Assembly: GCA_041661605.1 (NCBI GenBank)
Contig: JBAZUE010000001.1
Span: forward strand, 670,928 to 734,927
DNA length: 64,000 nt
Origin: Candidatus Omnitrophota bacterium
GTDB taxonomy: Bacteria > Omnitrophota > Gorgyraeia > Gygaellales > Profunditerraquicolaceae
Direction of reading: 5' to 3'
Shown: positions 10,133 to 18,978 of the stretch, piece by piece
Layout of the letters: every line of letters starts with the position of its first letter
How positions within the stretch are numbered: the first letter of the stretch is position 1
Program-made: the position numbers and the translations under genes
The notes under the pieces: model-generated
The model's input: only the letters and a program-made list of their open reading frames with translations
Databases searched by the model: none
What the model was told of the DNA's origin: nothing

Positions 10133-10161
10133 ACTATAGCCCAAATAACGGGGGTTGTCAA
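10133..10161 (-). promoter_or_regulatory. Sigma70-like promoter for plsC (TTGACA-17-TATAGT), nearly leaderless
   Basis: Minus strand reads TTGACA (10161-10156), a 17-nt spacer, TATAGT (10138-10133). The ATG at 10121 is only 11 nt past the -10 and has no SD. Confidence 0.4.
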
Positions 10162-10200
10162 CAACTCAAGTCTCCGGAAGATAATGAAGGCTTGAGTGGA

Positions 10201-13113
10201 TTAGCGGATTACTGCAAACGGGCAGATTTGATTATAAGCGCAGTAAGTGCAGGCCTTGTATTCAGGTTTAGCCGGATAGCTCTGCTGGCGGATACCAGCG
10301 GAAACCACCAATATGTCTTCTTTTACATCATCTAAATCATCTTCCGTAATTTCATACCTGCCGATGATCCCTGATTCCAAAAAGTACAGCTCTACCGCAA
10401 TCGGCAAAGCCTCGAATATATGCTGATAAGCCAAGGCATAAAGCGCAAGCTGCTTACTTTCCTTAACCCGCTTATCCGCATCCTTCTGGGTTTTAATCGC
10501 CGATGTCTTAAAATCCATGATTACCGCACCATCCTCCTCCATATCTATACGGTCAAACCTGCCGGTAATCTTGTTATCCCCGATTACAAAAGAAAAATCT
10601 TTTTCAATAAATTTCGGGGTTGACTTACGCTTCTCTTCATCTTTATAAAATCTGCTTAAAGCCTCCCTGCCGATACGGAAACGCTCCTCCTGATGATTGG
10701 CATCAAGAAACCCCTGAGGATCAAAATTAGTTTCGAAACAATCCAAAAGCTCATCCATAGTAACTTTGTTTCCGTTAAGTTTACGCAACAGATACTGGCT
10801 GACTGCCTCATGCATTGCCCGGCCGTAGATAACCGTATGATGCTCCATAATCGGCACGCGCAGTATATTTACATACTTGTATTTTAAAGGGCAGGTCAGG
10901 TAATCATCGATGTGGTAATAACTTAAACTGATCAGCTTATCCGGCGGGATCTTCCCAGCAGCTGTTTTAGGTAATTCTTGAGCCGGGGCAAAACGCCTTA
11001 TACTTTCAATGGCGGCGGATTTCTTCTTTCCAGTATCTCCCCCGGGCTGTTTACCCAAAGCCTCAAGCACAAACTGGCTTACCTTGCGCAGCCGTTTGCC
11101 TCCGTAATCTTCGGCGCTGCTCAAGTATAGTTCTTCTTTGGCGCGCGTCATCCCCACATAAAAAAGCCTGCGCTCCTCCTGAACATGGAAATCTCCTGTA
11201 GGAAGGACCTCTTTAATTAAAGTATCCGGTAATTCAATCTGCTGGGAGCGTCTGGGAAGCGGAAATTTCCCCTGCACCAGGCTGACTAGAAATACTACCC
11301 GAAACTCCAGCCCCTTAGCCTTATGGATAGTTAAGATATTCACCGCATCCTGGTCTAAATCCGCCTCAACTGTCGGAGGGTCATCTCCTGACTCGATGAG
11401 CAAATTAAGATGCCTGATAAAGCTGATCACCCTGTCCTCTTTAGCCACCAGCTCAAAATCGCGCACCTGGTTAAAAAACTTAGCGATATTCTGGATTTTA
11501 GTTTCTTTTTCCAGGCTGGGGTTATGCGTCAGGTATTTAAGATAACCTGTATCGGTAAGAAAGCTATAAAGCAGCCTGCCGGTTGTTTCGTCGCGGGAAA
11601 CCTGTAAAAATTTCTCAATATCCGAAAGTACTTGTTTTATCTTCTCCTTGGTCTCTTCCTGTATCTGGCTTAACTCCGCAGTCTTTTCCAGGTTATTAAA
11701 TACCGTATAAAGCGTCAGGTTCCTGCGTCTGCTTAAATGATTGCACAATGTCAAGTCTGCGAGGTTAACTTTATAAACCTCAGAGCTAACCAGATAATAC
11801 AAACTTAAAGAATCCGAAGGATTGGCAATTACGCGCAGGAAATTAATACACAACTTGACCTCTTCCCTGCCATATAACCCCTGATTGCCGCTGAATTGCC
11901 AGGGAATATTCTGCATATTTAACGATTGGATAAAGCCCTGGGCATCGGAATTAGAGCGCACGAGAATAGCAAAATCCCTATATTTAAACTTACCTAAACT
12001 TACTTTTCCTTGTATAATCTTACTTACATTATCAGTTTCAGTTGAGTGCGTATCAAAGTGTAGATGCGCAGGCTTCGGGCCTTCTTTAATCAAACCGATA
12101 AGGTGTTTATCGATTTTTGCCTTTACTTCAAAACGCTCCGGATTATTATACTGGATTAACTGATAAGAGCTATCCAGGATAGGTTGAGTGGAGCGGTAGT
12201 TCTGAATCAGCGTGATCTTCTCTGCTTTAGGATACTCCTGGATAAAATTCAGCACATTGCTATAGGCAGCCCCGCGCCATCGATAAATGCACTGATCATC
12301 GTCGGCGACAACAGTGATATTTCTTACCGCCCCTGACAAAAGCTTTACAATCTGAAACTGCGCGAAGTTTGTATCCTGAAATTCATCCACCAGGATATAT
12401 TTAAATTGTTTTTGATAATTTTGCAGGATCAAAGGATGCTCCCGCAGCAACTGCAGGCTTAAATAAAATTGATTGCCAAAATCAATCAATCCTTCTTTAG
12501 CCAAAAGCTCCTGGTATTTAAGATACGCCCCTGCGACCTCCATCTGCTGTACTGCCAATTCTTCGTTAGCGCTATCCTGCGGGCCGGCCTTAACCCTGGT
12601 CATAAAATCCTGGGCGTATTGAAAATATTCTTTTGCTGAAATATCCTCGTCTTTTGCCCGGCTGAAAAATGAAATCAAGGCTTCGATAAAACGCGTGGGT
12701 TCAGACAAGGGACGGTAATAATTAAGCGTAAATTCAAAAAGATGTTCACGGAAAAACACCGCAGCCTCTGACTGGGCAAGCACTTTAAAATCCGGGTTTA
12801 ACCCGGCAACCAGGGCATTCTCACGCAAGAGCCGGTCTCCAAAGGCATGAAAAGTAGAAATCCAAATATCCGTATAACCGTAAGGCATCAGGATATCTAC
12901 CCTTTCCTGCATCTCCTTGGCTGCCTTATCCGTAAAGGTAAGCGCTAAAATTTCATCGGTCTTAGCCAGGCCCTGATTTATAAGCCAGCCGATACGCTGG
13001 GTAATTACGCGGGTCTTTCCTGTGCCCGCTCCGGCAATAATTAAAAGCGGGCCTTCGCCGTGCGTAACCGCCTGTACCTGCTGCTTATTTAAACCCTCTA
13101 GAACTTTATCCAT
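10201..13113 (-). CDS. UvrD/PcrA-type SF1 helicase fused to a C-terminal PD-(D/E)XK Cas4/AddB-like Fe-S nuclease
   Basis: Walker A IIAGAGTGKT, motif II DEFQDT. C-terminal ~230 aa carries a lone Cys (DDYLTCPLKYKY), a nuclease core (GRFDRID ... MDFKTS) and CTYCAYNQIC (Cx2Cx5C). Confidence 0.85.
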   Translation of the reverse strand: MDKVLEGLNKQQVQAVTHGEGPLLIIAGAGTGKTRVITQRIGWLINQGLAKTDEILALTFTDKAAKEMQERVDILMPYGYTDIWISTFHAFGDRLLRENALVAGLNPDFKVLAQSEAAVFFREHLFEFTLNYYRPLSEPTRFIEALISFFSRAKDEDISAKEYFQYAQDFMTRVKAGPQDSANEELAVQQMEVAGAYLKYQELLAKEGLIDFGNQFYLSLQLLREHPLILQNYQKQFKYILVDEFQDTNFAQFQIVKLLSGAVRNITVVADDDQCIYRWRGAAYSNVLNFIQEYPKAEKITLIQNYRSTQPILDSSYQLIQYNNPERFEVKAKIDKHLIGLIKEGPKPAHLHFDTHSTETDNVSKIIQGKVSLGKFKYRDFAILVRSNSDAQGFIQSLNMQNIPWQFSGNQGLYGREEVKLCINFLRVIANPSDSLSLYYLVSSEVYKVNLADLTLCNHLSRRRNLTLYTVFNNLEKTAELSQIQEETKEKIKQVLSDIEKFLQVSRDETTGRLLYSFLTDTGYLKYLTHNPSLEKETKIQNIAKFFNQVRDFELVAKEDRVISFIRHLNLLIESGDDPPTVEADLDQDAVNILTIHKAKGLEFRVVFLVSLVQGKFPLPRRSQQIELPDTLIKEVLPTGDFHVQEERRLFYVGMTRAKEELYLSSAEDYGGKRLRKVSQFVLEALGKQPGGDTGKKKSAAIESIRRFAPAQELPKTAAGKIPPDKLISLSYYHIDDYLTCPLKYKYVNILRVPIMEHHTVIYGRAMHEAVSQYLLRKLNGNKVTMDELLDCFETNFDPQGFLDANHQEERFRIGREALSRFYKDEEKRKSTPKFIEKDFSFVIGDNKITGRFDRIDMEEDGAVIMDFKTSAIKTQKDADKRVKESKQLALYALAYQHIFEALPIAVELYFLESGIIGRYEITEDDLDDVKEDILVVSAGIRQQSYPAKPEYKACTYCAYNQICPFAVIR

Positions 13114-13119
13114 AATGAT

Positions 13120-14160
13120 TTAATCTCTATTAATAACGCTGATCATTTCACAGAGCCTGCCATAATCACGCATATTGAAATTCATTGCCAGACGGGGCAA
13201 TTTTAGAAACTCCCCTTCCTGGATCTCTTTAACCGCAGGAGGAGAAACCCGGATTTGGCCGCTAGTCAAAATATCTTTAAATTTTTTGTTGATAAGTTTT
13301 AAGGTCTTTTCGGAAATCTCCCTGTTTAACCTTAATACAGCTAAACCCGGAACATATCTAATTGAGTGGTACACTCTATAAAAATCTTCTACATACTTAA
13401 CTGCCGCATCGACAGATTTTATAATACGAAACAGGCTGAGGTCTTCTTTTTTGATAAACCCCTTCCTGACTAGCTGGCTCTTTACAAAATGCATCCAGGT
13501 AGCCCAATATGTCGAGCCCTTCGGTTCCATTAAAACTATCGGGCGGGGCCGGGATTTACCGGTTTGCACCAAAGTGATCATTTCAAACCCTTCATCAAGA
13601 GTGCCGAAACCGCCGGGAAAAACAGCGGTTGCGTCAGTCTCTTTTACAAAAACCAATTTCCTGGTAAAGAAATATTTAAAGTTGATCAGCTTTTCTTTTT
13701 CATCAATATACGGGTTTGGTTTCTGCTCAAAAGGAAGCCGGATGTTTAAGGCAAAATCCTTTCCGATTCCTGCGCCTTTATTGCCCGCCTCCATCACCCC
13801 CGGGCCGCCACCGGTAACAATCATATAACCTTTTTCAGTAAGTTTACGGGATAATTCTTCAGCCATCCTATATTCAGTTGAATTGATCTTTGACCTGGCC
13901 GAACCAAAGATTATTACTTTTTTGACCGTTCTGTAAGGAGAAAAAATCTTAAAAGAATAACGCAATTCCTTAAGCGCGTTATTTACCAGTTTTAGGTCCC
14001 CTCTATCACTAGACTCCCTGCCTAACTTAACAGTAGTCGTCAGTATCTGGCGTAATAAGTTTTCAACCTCAGCAGAGCCTGACCTCTTAACAAGTTCACT
14101 TATCAAGCTGTCTATTGCCTGATCCCCAATTTCATAATCTTTTGAAATCTTTCCTGTCAT
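13120..14160 (-). CDS. LOG-family (TIGR00730-type) nucleotide N-glycosidase with N- and C-terminal extensions
   Basis: IIFGSARS, VTGGGPGVMEA and PGGFGTLDE motifs. Confidence 0.8.
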   Translation of the reverse strand: MTGKISKDYEIGDQAIDSLISELVKRSGSAEVENLLRQILTTTVKLGRESSDRGDLKLVNNALKELRYSFKIFSPYRTVKKVIIFGSARSKINSTEYRMAEELSRKLTEKGYMIVTGGGPGVMEAGNKGAGIGKDFALNIRLPFEQKPNPYIDEKEKLINFKYFFTRKLVFVKETDATAVFPGGFGTLDEGFEMITLVQTGKSRPRPIVLMEPKGSTYWATWMHFVKSQLVRKGFIKKEDLSLFRIIKSVDAAVKYVEDFYRVYHSIRYVPGLAVLRLNREISEKTLKLINKKFKDILTSGQIRVSPPAVKEIQEGEFLKLPRLAMNFNMRDYGRLCEMISVINRD

Positions 14161-14507
14161 TTGAGAAATCCCAGTTTGCGCAATTCCTGATCTGCCTGCT
14201 TTCGAAAATCACCCTGCAATTCAATAGCATAATCTTTAACTGATCCGCCAGTACCAAAACGCTGTTTTAATTTCTTAGCCAGATCCAGAAGGGCGGCTTC
14301 ACTTAAAGCTAAACCGGTAATAATTGTCATTCCTTTACCTTTGGAGCCCTTCTCATAACGCAGGCGCGCTGCGCCATCGGTTTTAGGAACAGACGCCTTT
14401 TTCATCTCCCGGCATATGCAGCTGCCAATCACCTGAGCGCACCCCGGGCAAATCGCCCCCTGCGAAGTAGAATAAATCAAATTGGAATTTAAATCGATGC
14501 TTTTCAT
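14157..14507 (-). CDS. yciH: Translation initiation factor SUI1/YciH family
   Basis: 116 aa; N-terminal CxxC..C zinc knuckle and a SUI1 core (GKGMTIITGL...GTGGSVKDYAIELQGD); 4-nt overlap with the LOG gene. Confidence 0.85.
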   Translation of the reverse strand: MKSIDLNSNLIYSTSQGAICPGCAQVIGSCICREMKKASVPKTDGAARLRYEKGSKGKGMTIITGLALSEAALLDLAKKLKQRFGTGGSVKDYAIELQGDFRKQADQELRKLGFLK

Positions 14508-14525
14508 GACAATTTTATTTTACCG

Positions 14526-15377
14526 CTAAGAACCAAATCTAGAGCTGCGAGACATAAGGTACTCATTGCTGATATTACGGCTCGTATCTAACAATATTAT
14601 TAATTTTATTTTTCCATCCCGGACTACCGGATAATAAGCCTTGATCGTATTACTTGTTACTACAATAAATGACTCCTGGTTTTTGAGCATTCTATTGAAT
14701 TTCTTCCTATCTTCTTCGCAAGGGGCGAATACTCTTCTCAGGGCTTTAGATATATTTGTCTCATCCTTATTATCATAGTCCCAGGGATTTATCTCATAAA
14801 AAACCTGGCCCTGCTCTCCTGGCCTGGGTATCAAAAGGGATAGGCTCCTGTACTCTTCCGAAGAAAGCAGTATTTCATCTCTAAGAAAATACAGTTTATT
14901 AACCTTATCATCGTTTTGCACCAAATCAACCAGCTTAGAGACTAAAACTGACTGGGCCATATTCTTAAGCTGGCTTTCTACTCCCTTGACTTTATTCTTA
15001 GCCACGTTTCTTTCAACCATTCCCTGGCATACGACAACCAACAATATTATTGCTACAGAAGTAAAAATCAGGTTTTTAAAATTATTTTTGTCTTTTTTGA
15101 TTACTGATTCATCGGCGGGCTCTTTTTCATTAACCAAGCTGCTTATAGATTTAGAAATTATAGACAAGGTTAAAACTATATGCAGCGCGCAAAGCGCAGC
15201 AAGCGAGCCTAAGCTTATACCGAACACCGTGAAAAAAGCGCTGGCTATTTTTGAGTTGAAAAAAGACCAGTTAAGAATATTTGCCGTAATAATAATTGCA
15301 AAACACATAAAATCAAACCATACTAAGAAAAGTATCAACTTTAAAGCTAAGTCCTGCATTTTCTTCAGGTTATTCAT
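14526..15377 (-). CDS. Hypothetical membrane protein (3-4 TM N-terminal half, soluble C-terminal domain)
   Basis: Hydrophobic segments LILFLVWFDFMCFAIIITANIL, FFTVFGISLGSLAALCALHIVLTLSII, LIFTSVAIILLVVVCQGMV; lies 12 nt downstream of the kinase-like gene. Confidence 0.55.
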   Translation of the reverse strand: MNNLKKMQDLALKLILFLVWFDFMCFAIIITANILNWSFFNSKIASAFFTVFGISLGSLAALCALHIVLTLSIISKSISSLVNEKEPADESVIKKDKNNFKNLIFTSVAIILLVVVCQGMVERNVAKNKVKGVESQLKNMAQSVLVSKLVDLVQNDDKVNKLYFLRDEILLSSEEYRSLSLLIPRPGEQGQVFYEINPWDYDNKDETNISKALRRVFAPCEEDRKKFNRMLKNQESFIVVTSNTIKAYYPVVRDGKIKLIILLDTSRNISNEYLMSRSSRFGS

Positions 15378-15389
15378 CTAATCCTCCTT

Positions 15390-17810
15390 TTACGCTATCC
15401 TGCCGGAAGCCTTTTTCAAATCATTGATAAAACCGGCGGGGATTTTATACCCTAATTCTTCTGCCTTATGCACATCTTCCCAGCTTTTATTGTAGTTCTT
15501 TTTCAAGAAAAAAGCAGCCCCCCGGCTGCAATAAGCTTTTGAATATTCAGGGTTAATTTCTATGGCTTTATTGTAATCAGAAATAGCTAAATCAAGGTCG
15601 CCTTTATCATAATAGACACTCCCCCGGTTGCAAAGGGCTTTGTAATACACGGGATTAATTGCTATGGCCTTGCTGAAATCATAAATAGCTAATTCAAGCT
15701 TGCCTCTAACATGATAAGCAATACCCCGGCTGTTGTAGGCTACAGCGTCTTTAAGATTATTTTCTATAGCCTTGCTGTAATCGGAAATAGCCTGCACAAG
15801 ATCATCTTTATCGTAATAGGCATTCCCCCGGTTATAATAAGCTTTGGAATATGCGGGGTTGATTTCTATGGCTTTGTTGTAATCAGCGATAGCCTGAACA
15901 AGTTTACCATTTTTACGATAGGCAATCCCCCGGCTGCTGTATGCTTCAGCATCTTTAGGGTTGATTTCTATGGCTTTATTGTAATCAGAGATAGCCAGCT
16001 CAAGCTCGCCTTTATCATAGCGGACACTTCCCCGGTTATAATAAGCCCTGGAATATACCGGGTTAATTGCTATTGCTTTACTGTAATCAAGAATGGCTTG
16101 TTCAAAACCACTCTTTTTATGATAGGTAATTCCCCGGCTGTTATAAACCTCAGCATCTTTAGGGTTGATTTCTATGGCTTTATTGTAATCAGAGATAGCT
16201 AAATCAAAATCACCTTTTTTGTGATAGGCAATCCCCCTGCTGCTGTATGCTTCAGCATCTTTAGGGTTGATTTCAATGGCTTTGTTGTAATCAGCGATAG
16301 CTAAATCAAGCTTAACTTTTTTATAATAGGCAATCCCCCGGTTACAATAGACCTTAGAATACACAGGGTTGATTTCTATGGCTTTGCTGTAATCAAATAT
16401 AGCTAAATCAAGATCGCCTTTTTTAAAATAAGCAGTCCCCCGGCTATTATAGGTTTCGACATCATTAGGGTTAATTTCTATGGCTTTGCTGTAATCAGAA
16501 ATGGCTTGTTCAAGACTGCCTTTTTCGTAATAGGCATTCCCGCGGTTATAATAAAGACCGGGATACGCAGGATTCATTGCTATGATTTTGTTATAATCAG
16601 AGATAGCCTGCACAAGATTGCCCTTACCATGATAGAAAACCCCCCGTTTGTAATAGGCCTTGGGGTATACGGGGTTGATTTCTATGGCTTTACCGTAATC
16701 AGAGACAGCCTGTTCAAAATTACCTTTATCATAATAGGCATTCCCTCGGTTATAATAGGCATCGGAATATGCAGGATTAATAGCTATGGCTTTATCATAA
16801 CAGGCAAGGCCGCCTTCGCGCCTGCCAAGATAATATAAAGAAACACCATTATTCAGGGTTTCCAAAGCCTCTAATTTTTTGCCTTCCGGTGGAGTTATCT
16901 TCTCCCCGGTTTCCTTTAAAAGCAAATTTTCTAAATCCCCCCTCATTGTTGCAAAATCTGCATATCTTTTACCGGGGTCTTTTTCCAGGCATTTCATAAT
17001 AATATTAAAAAGGGGAGAATCAAAACCAGGGACAGCTTGCTCTTTATGCGATTTCTCATACTCCAATGGATCTTTTCCGCCAAAAGGCAATCTTCCTGCT
17101 TTTACCATTTGATAAAGAACAACGCCAAAAGAATAAATATCGCTTATCTGATTCATTTTGCCGTCAAATTGTTCAGGAGCCATATAAGGAAGCGTCCCGC
17201 TGGTTATGCCATTTTTGCCTTTAAAAATACTGAAATCTGAATCTTCTTTTTCCGGAAGATATTCGTTAAAATCAACCTCTTGCGATAATTTTGTGAACCC
17301 AAAATCGGTTATCTTTAAGGTTTTATCCGGAGTAATCAAGATATTGGCCGGTTTTATATTCCCGTGGGCTTCAATCCCTTTTGCATAAGCATATTCCATG
17401 CCGTAACAAAACTCTATTGAATATTTAAGGATTTCGGATAAAGTTAAACTACCCAGATAATGGCTTAACGTATTTATCCCATTTTCATCCGGCGCGATAT
17501 AATCAATAACAACAAAGGGATAGTTTTCTATCCGCATGACTAAATAGGCGCTGACAATATAGGGATATTTGCCTAATCCTATCCAGGCAAGCGCTTTTTT
17601 CTCAAAGCAGGATTGGCTTTGCGGGGAAACCAGATATTTTCTTTGAAGAGTCTTCAATACTTGAGGAACCCGGGTTATATTATCATAACAGACGCAGGCA
17701 AGGCCCACTCCGGTCTCCAGGACATGATATACCTCATAGCGGCCGTATATAGAATCTTTAGCTTTTATCTTAGTAACTAAATTTGGCGCGATATTTTCTT
17801 CCGGGCTCAT
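15390..17810 (-). CDS. Ser/Thr protein kinase-like domain (degenerate catalytic loop) fused to ~14 TPR repeats
   Basis: Hanks-type landmarks: VLK lysine, DFG (ITDFGFTK), APE (YMAPEQ). The catalytic loop reads HGNIKPAN (aa 149-156; cac ggg aat confirmed at 17366-17358) instead of HRDxKxxN. The C-terminal 480 aa consist of 34-aa TPRs. Confidence 0.85.
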   Translation of the reverse strand: MSPEENIAPNLVTKIKAKDSIYGRYEVYHVLETGVGLACVCYDNITRVPQVLKTLQRKYLVSPQSQSCFEKKALAWIGLGKYPYIVSAYLVMRIENYPFVVIDYIAPDENGINTLSHYLGSLTLSEILKYSIEFCYGMEYAYAKGIEAHGNIKPANILITPDKTLKITDFGFTKLSQEVDFNEYLPEKEDSDFSIFKGKNGITSGTLPYMAPEQFDGKMNQISDIYSFGVVLYQMVKAGRLPFGGKDPLEYEKSHKEQAVPGFDSPLFNIIMKCLEKDPGKRYADFATMRGDLENLLLKETGEKITPPEGKKLEALETLNNGVSLYYLGRREGGLACYDKAIAINPAYSDAYYNRGNAYYDKGNFEQAVSDYGKAIEINPVYPKAYYKRGVFYHGKGNLVQAISDYNKIIAMNPAYPGLYYNRGNAYYEKGSLEQAISDYSKAIEINPNDVETYNSRGTAYFKKGDLDLAIFDYSKAIEINPVYSKVYCNRGIAYYKKVKLDLAIADYNKAIEINPKDAEAYSSRGIAYHKKGDFDLAISDYNKAIEINPKDAEVYNSRGITYHKKSGFEQAILDYSKAIAINPVYSRAYYNRGSVRYDKGELELAISDYNKAIEINPKDAEAYSSRGIAYRKNGKLVQAIADYNKAIEINPAYSKAYYNRGNAYYDKDDLVQAISDYSKAIENNLKDAVAYNSRGIAYHVRGKLELAIYDFSKAIAINPVYYKALCNRGSVYYDKGDLDLAISDYNKAIEINPEYSKAYCSRGAAFFLKKNYNKSWEDVHKAEELGYKIPAGFINDLKKASGRIA
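15426..16859 (-). repeat. Coding tandem repeat: ~14 x 102-nt TPR units
   Basis: 13 recurrences of the K-A-I-E/A-I-N-P junction. DNA blocks are near-identical, e.g. cagcatctttagggttgatttctatggctttattgtaatcagagatagc at ~15946 and ~16151. Confidence 0.9.
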
Positions 17811-17828
17811 CTTATCTGCCTAAGTTGA

Positions 17829-17987
17829 CTATCCTTGTTTTAACAGTACAATGCCGCTTATCACAGAGAATATTATAGTTACATAATTATAAATCTGCCA
17901 GTAAGTGGCATCATCTACAACCATGCCCACAATCGTGTAAACCGCAAAAACCAGCAACAACAGCCCGATTAATTTGCTTTTTTTCAT
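17829..17987 (-). CDS. Small membrane protein, 52 aa (not in ORF track)
   Basis: My translation: MKKSKLIGLLLLVFAVYTIVGMVVDDATYWQIYNYVTIIFSVISGIVLLKQG*, preceded by AAAAGGAGGcagtcATG; two hydrophobic helices. Confidence 0.55.
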   Translation of the reverse strand: MKKSKLIGLLLLVFAVYTIVGMVVDDATYWQIYNYVTIIFSVISGIVLLKQG

Positions 17988-18017
17988 GACTGCCTCCTTT
18001 TATTACAAAATCTTAAT

Positions 18018-18416
18018 TTACAGCTTCCCAAGATAATTAGAAAAATTCTCTTTCATCATCTTATAAATTTTTTCTCTGTCTAAATCACGAATCCGCAAAA
18101 ATCTTATACCATAAACTTGTTTACCGTCAACTTCTTTATGCCAGGCCGCTGAAACCTCTATATCAAAAAAGTATTTCTCATTAAAATAGAGTTCCATCCG
18201 CACATTATCCCCGGGGATTTCTTCTGCCAAACACAAGGAAAACCCTCTCATATTTAAGTCTCGAATTTCACAAGCTATGTAATCTTTAGAATCCTGCCAT
18301 TTTATCTTAGCCGGAGAAGCAATCTTCCACCTCGGCAACGTTCTTCTTTCAACAAAGGCAGGCTTAAGCTTTTGAGGCAATACTTTCTTCTTCCGGGAAA
18401 AATTAAATAACCCCAT
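18018..18416 (-). CDS. PilZ domain protein (putative c-di-GMP receptor)
   Basis: RxxxR (RRTLPR) followed by a D-x-N/S-x-x-G-like motif (DLNMRGFS) at PilZ spacing. Confidence 0.7.
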   Translation of the reverse strand: MGLFNFSRKKKVLPQKLKPAFVERRTLPRWKIASPAKIKWQDSKDYIACEIRDLNMRGFSLCLAEEIPGDNVRMELYFNEKYFFDIEVSAAWHKEVDGKQVYGIRFLRIRDLDREKIYKMMKENFSNYLGKL

Positions 18417-18449
18417 ATCTCTTACCCTCCTTAATCATAATGTAAACCT

Positions 18450-18532
18450 GGCGGGTCCTGTCTGCTAATCCACCTCGCCCGTGCTCGTTTTCCTGCGCGC
18501 GGGCAAGGGCTTCGTCTTAGCAGTCACCCGCC
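18450..18532. other. 83-nt GC-rich three-helix imperfect hairpin (candidate ncRNA or REP-like element)
   Basis: GGCGGGT/ACCCGCC, CTGCTAA/TTAGCAG, CCTCGCCCG/CGGGCAAGG nested pairings; located in the divergent PilZ/rpmB intergenic region; strand unresolved. Confidence 0.4.
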
Positions 18533-18621
18533 AAAAATAACAAATTATACTTAGGGCTACCTGTTCTAACCTCTTTTGCGCAATTCTATCAAATACAATT
18601 AATTCCAGCCTATATTCTATC

Positions 18622-18671
18622 TTGACAATCCCGTAATTTCAAGTATACTTATTTATCCCGCTTTGCGGGAT
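18622..18671 (+). promoter_or_regulatory. Sigma70-like promoter of rpmB (TTGACA-16-TATACT) plus a 5'-proximal hairpin
   Basis: TTGACA 18622-18627, TATACT 18644-18649; ATCCCG/CGGGAT hairpin at 18655-18671 near the predicted TSS. Confidence 0.45.
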
Positions 18672-18726
18672 TTCGCTAAATAAATAAAAACTTTTTGTGC
18701 TCAAAACTTAAAGAAGGGGTAATTAA

Positions 18727-18978
18727 ATGCTTAAAAAATGTGTAATCTGCAAGAAAGGCGCACTTAACGGAAAGGTATTATCCAGAAAAGGCCAGTACAA
18801 AGCTAAAGGCGGAACCGGTTCAAAGATCGCCCGCTGGTCCAAACGCAAATTTCTTCCCAATCTTCAAAAAATGCGCATACTGGTTAATGGTGTAGCCAAA
18901 AGTGTCTTTATCTGCGCCAAATGCATCAAAAAGGGCGATTTCAAAAAAGCCGTCCCAAGAGCAAAACCCACTATTTAA
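18727..18978 (+). CDS. rpmB: 50S ribosomal protein L28
   Basis: 83 aa; CxxC ... KRKFLPNLQ ... CAKC pattern of zinc-type L28; one of only two plus-strand genes. Confidence 0.9.
   Translation: MLKKCVICKKGALNGKVLSRKGQYKAKGGTGSKIARWSKRKFLPNLQKMRILVNGVAKSVFICAKCIKKGDFKKAVPRAKPTI

Noticed and set aside
15426-16859. Strong ~102-nt periodicity with near-identical DNA blocks; could superficially resemble a repeat array or CRISPR-like locus.
   Set aside because: The period equals one 34-aa TPR unit, the repeats are in frame within an 806-aa ORF, and there are no unique spacers. It is a coding repeat.
18450-18532. Possible small SRP (4.5S) RNA, given its size, GC-rich hairpin shape and intergenic position.
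   Set aside because: Neither strand shows the conserved helix-8 signature as I recall it (a GNAR tetraloop closed by a short stem and flanked by the CAGG / AGCA symmetric-loop nucleotides). The CAGG and AGCA strings on the minus strand are not separated by a stem-tetraloop.
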